IMG/VR virus record: IMGVR_UViG_3300029952_000065
Reading direction: 5' to 3' (one strand)
DNA length: 39,999 nucleotides
Source of the DNA: a virus
Part shown: positions 1 through 6,977 of the stretch, piece by piece
Layout: each line of letters starts with the position of its first letter
Numbering within the stretch: the stretch's first letter is position 1
Notes under the pieces: model-generated
Told to the model about the DNA's origin: nothing
The model's input: the letters and a program-made list of their open reading frames with translations, nothing else
Databases searched by the model: none
Made by a program: the position numbers and the translations under genes

Positions 1-725
1 GGACTAAAGGACTGGCAAAGCCCTACGACAAGCAATTTATGGACTGCATGAATGCCGCAGCAAGGGCACTTTGTGAGCAAATCAGCGGGGCTCAATTCGC
101 CTACATTCAATCCGATGAAATCAGTTTATTGGCTGTGGATTTTCTCGATATCAAAACTGAGCCCTGGTTTGATGGTGTGATACAGAAATGGGTGAGCGTG
201 GGGGCTTCCATCGCTACAACGGCATTTAACCTTCAAGTCGGCTACTACCAGAAGCTGGCGCTCCGCGACTCCTTCGGAGAAGGCTGGCTGGTAACGTCTG
301 CCCGTGATACATCTTTGCTTGGCGGTAAAAAACTCATGAACGCTATGTTTGACGCTAGGGTATTCACGATTCCTGATCTGGTTGAAGTCGAAAATTACTA
401 TGTTTGGCGACAACAGGACGCTGAACGAAATAGCGTAACCATGCTGGCACAAGCATACGCCAGTCACAAACAACTTCACGGAAAAAATCGTGCAGCGCAA
501 CACGAAATTATTCAAGCCGCAGGCGACAATTGGGCAAAGCACCCAGCTTCTTTTAAGCACGGACGCATAATTCGGAAAATTGACTCAGTAACCATCGGAA
601 ATACCAACTGGGTAATTGACGAAAATACGCCGGTGTTTACTCGAAATCGGAATTATTTGAGAGATTTAATTCCATATGCTTGGGAAAATGATATACTGGT
701 GAGAAAGGCGGCAACGAGTGAGTAA
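1..725 (+). CDS. tRNA-His guanylyltransferase (Thg1)-like protein, 5' end cut by window edge
   Basis: Reading frame is open upstream of Met39 (TKGLAKPYDKQF...). MNAAA...FAYIQSDEIS matches the Thg1/TLP catalytic core (FAYGQSDEYS) including the metal-binding D and E. Confidence 0.8.
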   Translation, partial: TKGLAKPYDKQFMDCMNAAARALCEQISGAQFAYIQSDEISLLAVDFLDIKTEPWFDGVIQKWVSVGASIATTAFNLQVGYYQKLALRDSFGEGWLVTSARDTSLLGGKKLMNAMFDARVFTIPDLVEVENYYVWRQQDAERNSVTMLAQAYASHKQLHGKNRAAQHEIIQAAGDNWAKHPASFKHGRIIRKIDSVTIGNTNWVIDENTPVFTRNRNYLRDLIPYAWENDILVRKAATSE

Positions 726-1041
726 ATCTCTGGGCTATCGAGCCATTACAGTATTCGATTCTCAAGTGCGATTTTGTGTTCGACAGTTGGAGACAGAAAT
801 TTACATATTTGATCATGTCATCAAGGTGCCGAATTGGGATATAAAAGGAGTCAGAGAGCCTTTCTACAGGGAAGAATATGTGTCCGTTCCAGTAGAAGAA
901 TACCTTCGCTCCGTCGTGGCACAAGAAGAGCTAGTAGAGTACGGTATCAAAGCCTCGGATGTTAAAAGATACATTTTGGAAAGACGCAAATATTTTTCTG
1001 AATTGATCGAAGATAATTTTGCTAATATTCCCTTGGAGTGA
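718..1041 (+). CDS. hypothetical protein
   Basis: 107-aa ORF whose start overlaps the stop of the upstream gene; no recognisable motif. Confidence 0.45.
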   Translation: MSKSLGYRAITVFDSQVRFCVRQLETEIYIFDHVIKVPNWDIKGVREPFYREEYVSVPVEEYLRSVVAQEELVEYGIKASDVKRYILERRKYFSELIEDNFANIPLE

Positions 1042-1044
1042 TTT

Positions 1045-1479
1045 ATGTGTTTAAGTTCAGTTGAAAAAATATTCGACATCGCTACCAGAAGCTCAAAAAA
1101 AGCTTGGAAAATAGTTCGCTTTAATAAACCCATCCCACCAGCACCGAAAGGGAGTTATGAAACTTGTTGTTACCCTGCTTTTATTACTTCTTCTTGGCAA
1201 GTAGCCGAGGGAACGACGATAGAAAGTGTGGGGCAAGACCTCATTAACTTTTCATATAGTGCAGGATTCCATACCTTTGCCCGCAAAAAAGACGCCCAGA
1301 AAGAACTTTCCAAATGGAATGCAGAATATCCATATTATCAACTCATTCCAGTTGAAATTGATGAAATCCACACACAGGGACTTGATATGGGTATAAAACC
1401 TATGTCAGCAATAAAATTCGTCTGTATCCCACAAAGAGGAAATAGCCATGTGTTTATACACAATCACTCAAACACTTAA
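1045..1479 (+). CDS. hypothetical protein, Met-Cys-Leu paralog family member 1
   Basis: Shares MCLxxV N-terminus, AWKIV, GFH(T/C)Y, IPVEIDEIxTxGxD and NYV..KIRL motifs with ORFs at 22678, 23104 and the fragment at 2576. Confidence 0.6.
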   Translation: MCLSSVEKIFDIATRSSKKAWKIVRFNKPIPPAPKGSYETCCYPAFITSSWQVAEGTTIESVGQDLINFSYSAGFHTFARKKDAQKELSKWNAEYPYYQLIPVEIDEIHTQGLDMGIKPMSAIKFVCIPQRGNSHVFIHNHSNT

Positions 1480-1667
1480 TCCCCCAGATCATAAAGTTCG
1501 CAAAGCTTGGAAGATCGTTACTGGTCGTAACTCATCCCCATTTTATCATATTATACTAACTTCTAAGTGGAGCATCGGATGGTGTGGGGCTCTAAAGAAG
1601 CACTCCTCGTCGCCCTCGTAGACGGTGTAAGCTCCAGCTTGCTTCATACTAATGAATACTGAAGTTT

Positions 1668-1745
1668 CGGCGCGTGTTGTTTAACGGTTAGCATATCTCC
1701 CTCTTAAGGAGCAAGGTGCAGGTTCGAATCCTGCCGCGCCGACCA
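1668..1745 (+). tRNA. tRNA, anticodon CTT (Lys) candidate
   Basis: Acceptor cggcgcg/cgcgccg, T-arm gcagg-ttcgaat-cctgc and encoded CCA at 1743-1745. Anticodon arm tctcc-ctCTTaa-ggagc. D-arm is imperfect, so the anticodon assignment is moderate. Confidence 0.65.
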
Positions 1746-1943
1746 AAATTTGAGTTTTGTGGTATTGTAGTGTATGGAACTAAAAATTGGACCGTACACA
1801 GCAACGGGGTCACAAGCATGGGTTGAGTTTTGCCGCTTCGTGATCGAGGATTTGCAAGACGGGGAAATTTTTCATTGGCCTCCGTATAGCTCGGTTGGAT
1901 TTGCAGCGAAGTATCCCGAGCACGTCGGTAGACTACAAGCTTT

Positions 1944-2189
1944 ATGAGTATAGACGGAAACGGGCATATCAACGTTGACGATCTCGCGGATGCTTTCGCG
2001 GCGATATTTCGTCACGACATGGAGCCGCCTGAACTGATGATTTGGGCTGATCCACCGGGAAGAGAATCGGGCACTTGGGTGTTCCGCAGGGGTCACGAAC
2101 CCTATCGGATCGCCGATACCTCAGAGTTCGAGCGTATCTGGATGAGCACTATCGGCATCACAGACGTGTCAATCAAAAGGTTTGCGTAA
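1944..2189 (+). CDS. hypothetical protein (between two tRNAs)
   Basis: 81-aa ORF with GC-rich codon usage; no motif. Confidence 0.35.
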   Translation: MSIDGNGHINVDDLADAFAAIFRHDMEPPELMIWADPPGRESGTWVFRRGHEPYRIADTSEFERIWMSTIGITDVSIKRFA

Positions 2190-2195
2190 AAGTTT

Positions 2196-2271
2196 GGATC
2201 GGTAGCTCAATTGGCAGAGCAACAGACTCTTAATCTGAAGGTTGTGGGTTCAATTCCCACCCGGTTCACCA
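2196..2271 (+). tRNA. tRNA-Lys(CTT)
   Basis: Acceptor ggatcgg/ccggttc, D-arm gctc-aattggca-gagc, anticodon loop gaCTCTTAAtc, T-arm gtggg-ttcaatt-cccac and encoded CCA. Confidence 0.85.
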
Positions 2272-2277
2272 ATTTCT

Positions 2278-2478
2278 ATGCGTAGGACGTGCCCCAGTTG
2301 TCTCGGCGATGACGCGGCAAAGCGCGAAGGTCGGAACTTTGACCCGCTCTACGGCACCGTCGAAATCTACTGCACGTACTGTGGGTCCTTCGTGGACATG
2401 CTCTGGCGCTGGCAGACGAGCGACAGCGTGTGGCAGAAGTTCAGGGATCAAGCAAAGTTCGGGTTAGCTCAAGGTTAG
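2278..2478 (+). CDS. hypothetical small Zn-ribbon protein (CPSC...CTYC)
   Basis: ORF-track entry 2242..2478 begins inside the tRNA; the first ATG after the tRNA is at 2278. Its 3' end overlaps the tRNA-like element at 2461. Confidence 0.3.
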   Translation: MRRTCPSCLGDDAAKREGRNFDPLYGTVEIYCTYCGSFVDMLWRWQTSDSVWQKFRDQAKFGLAQG

Positions 2479-2531
2479 GCAGAGCAGCCGCGCAAGCGGA
2501 AGACCGGCGGGTTCGACTCCCGCCCCCTAAG
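2461..2531 (+). other. tRNA-like element lacking an anticodon arm (degenerate tRNA or minihelix)
   Basis: D-arm-like gctc-aaggttaggca-gagc, a ccgc-gcaa-gcgg tetraloop hairpin where the anticodon arm should be, good T-arm gcggg-ttcgact-cccgc, but no complementary 5' acceptor strand and no CCA. Confidence 0.3.
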
Positions 2532-2575
2532 TAACAGGGTTTCACTCTTATTTTTCAAAAAAAGATGCTGATGCT

Positions 2576-2776
2576 ATGGTACAAGCCATTACTCCTTACC
2601 ATGTTGATGGCCAATATTCAGTTGTACCTGTTGAGATCAAAGATATAACTTACATAGGTACAGACGGTACTTTGTGGTACACCACTCCAGAGACGCGTAG
2701 TATAAGAAATTATGTATCAAATAAAATAAGACTTCTTCCAATCAAGAAAAAGAAAAATAAAAAGAAAGGAAAATAA
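2576..2776 (+). pseudogene. C-terminal fragment of a Met-Cys-Leu family paralog
   Basis: Keeps only the C-terminal motifs (VPVEIKDITYIGTDG, NYVSNKIRLLPIKKKK) found in the full-length paralogs at 1045, 22678 and 23104. Confidence 0.4.
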
Positions 2777-2777
2777 A

Positions 2778-3182
2778 GTGAAAATTGGGATCAGAGGGTG
2801 GCTCTTGGTGTTCGTCATCTGGATGTACTGTAATGCTCTGGTTTATTTTCTAGCGTCTTTTGACTCTTCCGACCCTTGGCTTGGGAATGGAGGGATTAAA
2901 AACTTTCATTCTTTCATACCCATATTTTTAACTCTCTTGGCGAGTGCTTCAGCCATACTATTAACAAAAAAAAGAGTAGAAGGCATACTTCTCGCTGTGG
3001 GTTTTTTAGTCTTGAGTGTGGTTGTGACGACAGTCTTGGTATTTTGGAGTATATCCGCTAAGAGTTTGTTTGTACCCTTATATTTTTTATCTTTGGTACG
3101 AACTTCTATCGCTGCGTGTATTTGGATACCGTATCTTAACTACTCTCAAAGAGTAAGGAACACTTTCGGGACAAATCTATGA
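2778..3182 (+). CDS. small multi-pass membrane protein
   Basis: 134 aa with about 4 hydrophobic helices. Confidence 0.5.
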   Translation: MKIGIRGWLLVFVIWMYCNALVYFLASFDSSDPWLGNGGIKNFHSFIPIFLTLLASASAILLTKKRVEGILLAVGFLVLSVVVTTVLVFWSISAKSLFVPLYFLSLVRTSIAACIWIPYLNYSQRVRNTFGTNL

Positions 3183-3213
3183 CCCTTTCATCTAACTTAG
3201 TCACAAAGTCCAC

Positions 3214-3540
3214 ATGGGGCAGTATATTTTGTATAATATCGGCTTGATTCTACTGATATTGTTGGGTATGTTTGGGTACCAGTGGGCCTATGTCCTGTAC
3301 GGTCTGTTGATGCTTATGTCTTGTATCGGATGTCGATTGGTTTTATTCTATGGGCAGACAGAGGATAACAAAAAATTTCAAGCCATAATGAACCAATCAG
3401 TATCCCCTGTCTTTAGCGTCGGGGTTGACATGTTCCAGGTATTTTTGCTAGGCTTTGGCTGGCACTTGTTTTTAGCTGCACTGGTTGTCGTGTCCCAATG
3501 GGATGAGATGGAAATCCGAAAACGCAGACTGGGAAGATGA
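3214..3540 (+). CDS. small membrane protein
   Basis: 108 aa with 3 hydrophobic segments. Confidence 0.5.
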   Translation: MGQYILYNIGLILLILLGMFGYQWAYVLYGLLMLMSCIGCRLVLFYGQTEDNKKFQAIMNQSVSPVFSVGVDMFQVFLLGFGWHLFLAALVVVSQWDEMEIRKRRLGR

Positions 3541-4067
3541 TTAGATTTTGGACAAAACGCGCAGGGGACGCGATATTCGCCATAAGGTGGGTGCTTTTTC
3601 CCATTAACTTGGCCTTGATCGTAGCGCTTTCTTTGTATGTGGTCGCTTTCTTAGTCAATGATTACATGTTTGTTGTCCATCAATTTACATGGGATATGGA
3701 ATCCCTAATGGTGATGTTATTGGGATTCGTTGATGCCAGCATGGTAGCAAATTTAATTGTCATGGTGGTACAAGGCGGGCACCAAATTTTTATCCATAAA
3801 TTTGATTTAGAAGAGAAGGATGAACGCCCCCAATGGCTGGATCATATTGACTCCGGTATTTTGAAAGTAAAAATTTCCTTGTCTATCGCCGGAATCACAT
3901 TGATTCAAATTCTAAAAGACTTTGTACACATTGAGCGCACTGATTGGGGGCTTACGGAACACCGAATCATCATTCATGTGGTAGCATTAATATCAGCCCT
4001 AATGATGGCGTTAATTTGGCGAGTGACGCATCCTCAATGGGCACATGAGCATAAGGAACCTGTATGA
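3537..4067 (+). CDS. membrane protein
   Basis: 176 aa with several TM helices; ATGA overlap with the upstream gene. Confidence 0.55.
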   Translation: MIRFWTKRAGDAIFAIRWVLFPINLALIVALSLYVVAFLVNDYMFVVHQFTWDMESLMVMLLGFVDASMVANLIVMVVQGGHQIFIHKFDLEEKDERPQWLDHIDSGILKVKISLSIAGITLIQILKDFVHIERTDWGLTEHRIIIHVVALISALMMALIWRVTHPQWAHEHKEPV

Positions 4068-4480
4068 GCAATGTATCATCGGATACCCAAAATCCGCTTG
4101 TTTTAATCATCATCGCTATAATCACGCTCACCTTTGCATCTTGTAATGGGTGTGATACCAGGCACAAAGCAAAAATCTATAAAATAAAAAACCATCACAT
4201 TGTAATGCAAGATGACCAAGGCAAATGGTGGGAGTATGTACTAAAAAATATGGATATTGATGTAGATATCCCCTTTACCGGCGGAGAATTGAAATTACCC
4301 AGCGGGGGCAGCTGGCGTGCAGCAACAAAAGCAGAGGAAGAAGAAATAGACAAAGCTACCAACGAAGAAGAAACCACTGTAGATGAGTCTACGAATGACG
4401 CTGGCGCGTCTCCCGATGGTAGCGGAGATGTAGGGGGCGATTCAGGCGGGGGTGATGGAGGAGGAGGAGGCGATGACTAG
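4064..4480 (+). CDS. membrane-anchored protein with acidic Gly/Asp-rich tail
   Basis: N-terminal hydrophobic helix, Cys pair after the helix (lipobox-like), and a C-terminal GDVGGDSGGGDGGGGGDD tail. Confidence 0.5.
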   Translation: MSNVSSDTQNPLVLIIIAIITLTFASCNGCDTRHKAKIYKIKNHHIVMQDDQGKWWEYVLKNMDIDVDIPFTGGELKLPSGGSWRAATKAEEEEIDKATNEEETTVDESTNDAGASPDGSGDVGGDSGGGDGGGGGDD

Positions 4481-4661
4481 TATATTTCATACAATTGTTT
4501 ACCCCGGCGAGGATATGTTCAACGCTATTTGTCGTGCTGGGTGGGAGGCCGCACATAACGGGTTTTCCGGTTATTCAATAGATTGCGAGCGATGCGGTCA
4601 AGCAGTTGATAGCCATGAAGTTCCGTCAGACTGTATCGTATGGGCGGGATTGACGGCATGA
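4452..4661 (+). CDS. hypothetical small protein
   Basis: 69-aa ORF at the start of a GC-rich island. Confidence 0.4.
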   Translation: MMEEEEAMTSIFHTIVYPGEDMFNAICRAGWEAAHNGFSGYSIDCERCGQAVDSHEVPSDCIVWAGLTA

Positions 4662-5068
4662 AAAATCTCCAGCAAGAGAAATACGAGGATGATAATGGGC
4701 ACGAGATAGGCGCATCAGAAGTGCAGATGCTCGCCTCGTATGTTCACCACGCCGACGGGTTCTACGACTGGACTTGTGGCTCGTGCGGTGCGGAGCACGC
4801 TGACCGCTGGTGGGATATTTCTGGCAGGGTAATTGCCTGCCCCGATTGCAAGAAAATGAACTTGCTTGTTCGCACTAACTGCGCCGAAATAACCGAACTT
4901 GCGCGGCGCAAGTTCGAGTCTGAGGAGCGTGACCTCGAACTGAAGCGACTCCAGGGAATAGAGAAGTACAACGACGATCAGCTTCTCAAGATCAAGCGCG
5001 AAATTATGGGACTCGTGGAAGATGCGATTCGCTCCCATGCAACTGCCGAAAAGAGGTTAGCCAAATGA
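4640..5068 (+). CDS. Zn-ribbon protein (CGSC...CPDC)
   Basis: 142 aa with two CxxC pairs and a coiled-coil C-terminus; overlaps the upstream stop. Confidence 0.5.
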   Translation: MGGIDGMKNLQQEKYEDDNGHEIGASEVQMLASYVHHADGFYDWTCGSCGAEHADRWWDISGRVIACPDCKKMNLLVRTNCAEITELARRKFESEERDLELKRLQGIEKYNDDQLLKIKREIMGLVEDAIRSHATAEKRLAK

Positions 5069-5391
5069 ACAGTCAACAAAGAATCGAGACCAGCGCAGAG
5101 CTTAAAGCTGCCCGCGAACGAGGGCGCTTTACGCCAACGCAGATCAACAAACTCAAGGCCGTGAGTCAGAGTCTCAACGACTCGCGGTTTGATGTGAGGG
5201 CAATTGAATATAGCCTCACGCGGCAGCTTCACGAGCTTCAAGTGATTTGTCCGCATCCCTTCCGCTTCGTTAGCTGGACAGAACGAATCCCAGCTGGACA
5301 GGTCAAGGGTATCTGCGAACTCTGCGGCGACAATAACATTTGGTTTCACACGTACCCGAAGAAAATGCGGGACACAGTGAAGTTCGTGTGA
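5065..5391 (+). CDS. hypothetical Zn-binding protein
   Basis: 108 aa; ATGA overlap with the upstream gene; CPHP...CELCGD. Confidence 0.5.
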   Translation: MNSQQRIETSAELKAARERGRFTPTQINKLKAVSQSLNDSRFDVRAIEYSLTRQLHELQVICPHPFRFVSWTERIPAGQVKGICELCGDNNIWFHTYPKKMRDTVKFV

Positions 5392-5429
5392 TATGATAGA
5401 AAAGCTGAAAGCCCACCCGAGGCCCAAAA

Positions 5430-5636
5430 GTGGATCTCGTGGGTCGGAAAGAAGACATTCTGATGCCCAAGAAAATGACCAAAGAGCGGCTGCTTCGTTT
5501 GGCCGTGGCGAAGGTGAATCGTCTCACTGATGATGAGTTGCACAATTTCGTTTTCAATATCAATTGCTGCCCGCACAAGAAGACACATCCAGTCGGCATG
5601 GACTCGTCCTGCGACGATTGCGGAGCGTGGGTCTAA
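5430..5636 (+). CDS. hypothetical small Zn-finger protein
   Basis: 68 aa with CCPHK...CDDCGAW. Confidence 0.4.
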   Translation: MDLVGRKEDILMPKKMTKERLLRLAVAKVNRLTDDELHNFVFNINCCPHKKTHPVGMDSSCDDCGAWV

Positions 5637-5899
5637 TGCCAAGGCTTAAGATAGGAACTGGATCATGGCCGTACAAACGGAGATGGCGGGACGGCCCTAC
5701 TTGGGATTGGCTTTGCCGGGTATTCGGGCATCAAAAAGAATGGTATCATTGGTATGCCAGTGCAGGGGACCAGTTGGGTACGGAAATTGCCCGTGCATTG
5801 GGCTGGGGAAGTGGCCGAATAAAACCGCATTGGCACCGACATAGGACTAATTCCGCGAACGGTTTCATTTGTGGCAGGTGCGGAAAGGCTGGTATATGA
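5636..5899 (+). CDS. hypothetical small protein
   Basis: TAATG overlap with the upstream stop. The longer ORF-track entry from 5564 would overlap the upstream gene by 70 nt. Confidence 0.4.
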   Translation: MPRLKIGTGSWPYKRRWRDGPTWDWLCRVFGHQKEWYHWYASAGDQLGTEIARALGWGSGRIKPHWHRHRTNSANGFICGRCGKAGI

Positions 5900-5958
5900 A
5901 GATCACACAGAAGCAGGCACGAGCCAATGACAAATTTTAGGTATCTTGTATCCTATTT

Positions 5959-6399
5959 ATGAAAACAAAAAAGAAAGCTAAAGCAAAAACTCAAAAAAAG
6001 GTGGTTATGGAAAAACATTTTGTAACATTTTTCAGCCCGGGTACATTTGTAGCAGAAACAAGCTGCTTATCTATTGATTCTTGGGATGTTGAAGAAGCCA
6101 AGAAAAAAGCTCGCGGGATCAAAGAACGTCATGACGCTGTACCTTATGGATTTAGGTTTTCTACTCGCAGCAGGGGAGTGGATGATTTGGACTCCAAAGA
6201 AACCAAAACAAGCGGGATGTATTACTTGGGCGGTAAGGTCGAGACTTTGAAACAAGTGAAAGCTCGCGCAACTAAAGACGATGCAATACTCGTCTCCAAC
6301 ATGGAATGTAACAACTGGAAGCGTATTGTTACTACCACGAATGGGTATCGATGGACTCAGCCTCTAAAAGATGAAGATAAAGTGGTGGATTGGTCTTAA
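5959..6399 (+). CDS. hypothetical basic protein
   Basis: 146 aa with a Lys-rich N-terminus. Confidence 0.5.
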   Translation: MKTKKKAKAKTQKKVVMEKHFVTFFSPGTFVAETSCLSIDSWDVEEAKKKARGIKERHDAVPYGFRFSTRSRGVDDLDSKETKTSGMYYLGGKVETLKQVKARATKDDAILVSNMECNNWKRIVTTTNGYRWTQPLKDEDKVVDWS

Positions 6400-6447
6400 T
6401 ACCATTTTTTTCTTATCTATAAACCGCTAGGTTCAGTATTAGGAGAC

Positions 6448-6933
6448 ATGGAAGAGTTTAAAAAAACAGGTGAGGAACGTGTATTTAAGGGCGGTGCGAG
6501 TAGAGACGCAGCGATAGGGAAAGGGGCACCACACTGGATGCCTTCTATTGCTCTTTTCCTTGTTTCTCGCATTTACGAGAACGGTAACATCCAAAGGGAT
6601 AAACTCAACGGCGGCATCGGCAATGGGGATACTCGTAATTGGGAAAATGGAATGCCAATTAATGAGTTGCTTGGTTCCGCCGAACGCCACATTCAGCGTT
6701 ATCGAGAAGGAGATCGCAATGAACCCCACCTCCCCCAAGCCGCTTGGAATATTCTTAACGCCATAATGATGTCTGTTTGGATTTGGCTTGGTTACAGAGA
6801 TGTTAGTTTCAATAATCTTCCCGATCACATCCACAATTGGAAACCTGGAGATCCTTCACCCTGCCCCTTAAGTCCCCAAGAAATAGAATGGTTGAAAGTA
6901 CGTGGAATAGAAAAAAATAACACAACTCAGTAA
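6448..6933 (+). CDS. possible dATP/dGTP diphosphohydrolase N-terminal-domain-like protein
   Basis: GASRDAAIGKGAPHWMP...NWENG...HLPQAAWNILNAIM resembles, from memory, the phage dGTP/dATP pyrophosphohydrolase N-domain consensus. Confidence 0.45.
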   Translation: MEEFKKTGEERVFKGGASRDAAIGKGAPHWMPSIALFLVSRIYENGNIQRDKLNGGIGNGDTRNWENGMPINELLGSAERHIQRYREGDRNEPHLPQAAWNILNAIMMSVWIWLGYRDVSFNNLPDHIHNWKPGDPSPCPLSPQEIEWLKVRGIEKNNTTQ

Positions 6934-6977
6934 ATCCATAAAAACAGTGACTTTCTACTTCTTCTGTAGAAACCGTC

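Noticed and set aside
126-560. Minus-strand ORF inside the Thg1-like gene. The many other minus-strand ORFs in the track (for example 13356..13853, 14379..14957, 28180..28650, 30836..31123) are in the same category.
   Set aside because: Every supported gene is on the + strand with coupled starts. The minus ORFs lie entirely within well-supported + genes (Thg1-like, LigA, MVP and others) and show no motifs or SD sequences.
1745-1943. tRNA-like D-arm sequence (gtatagctcggttgg) in the spacer after the first tRNA
   Set aside because: No matching acceptor, anticodon or T arms could be assembled.
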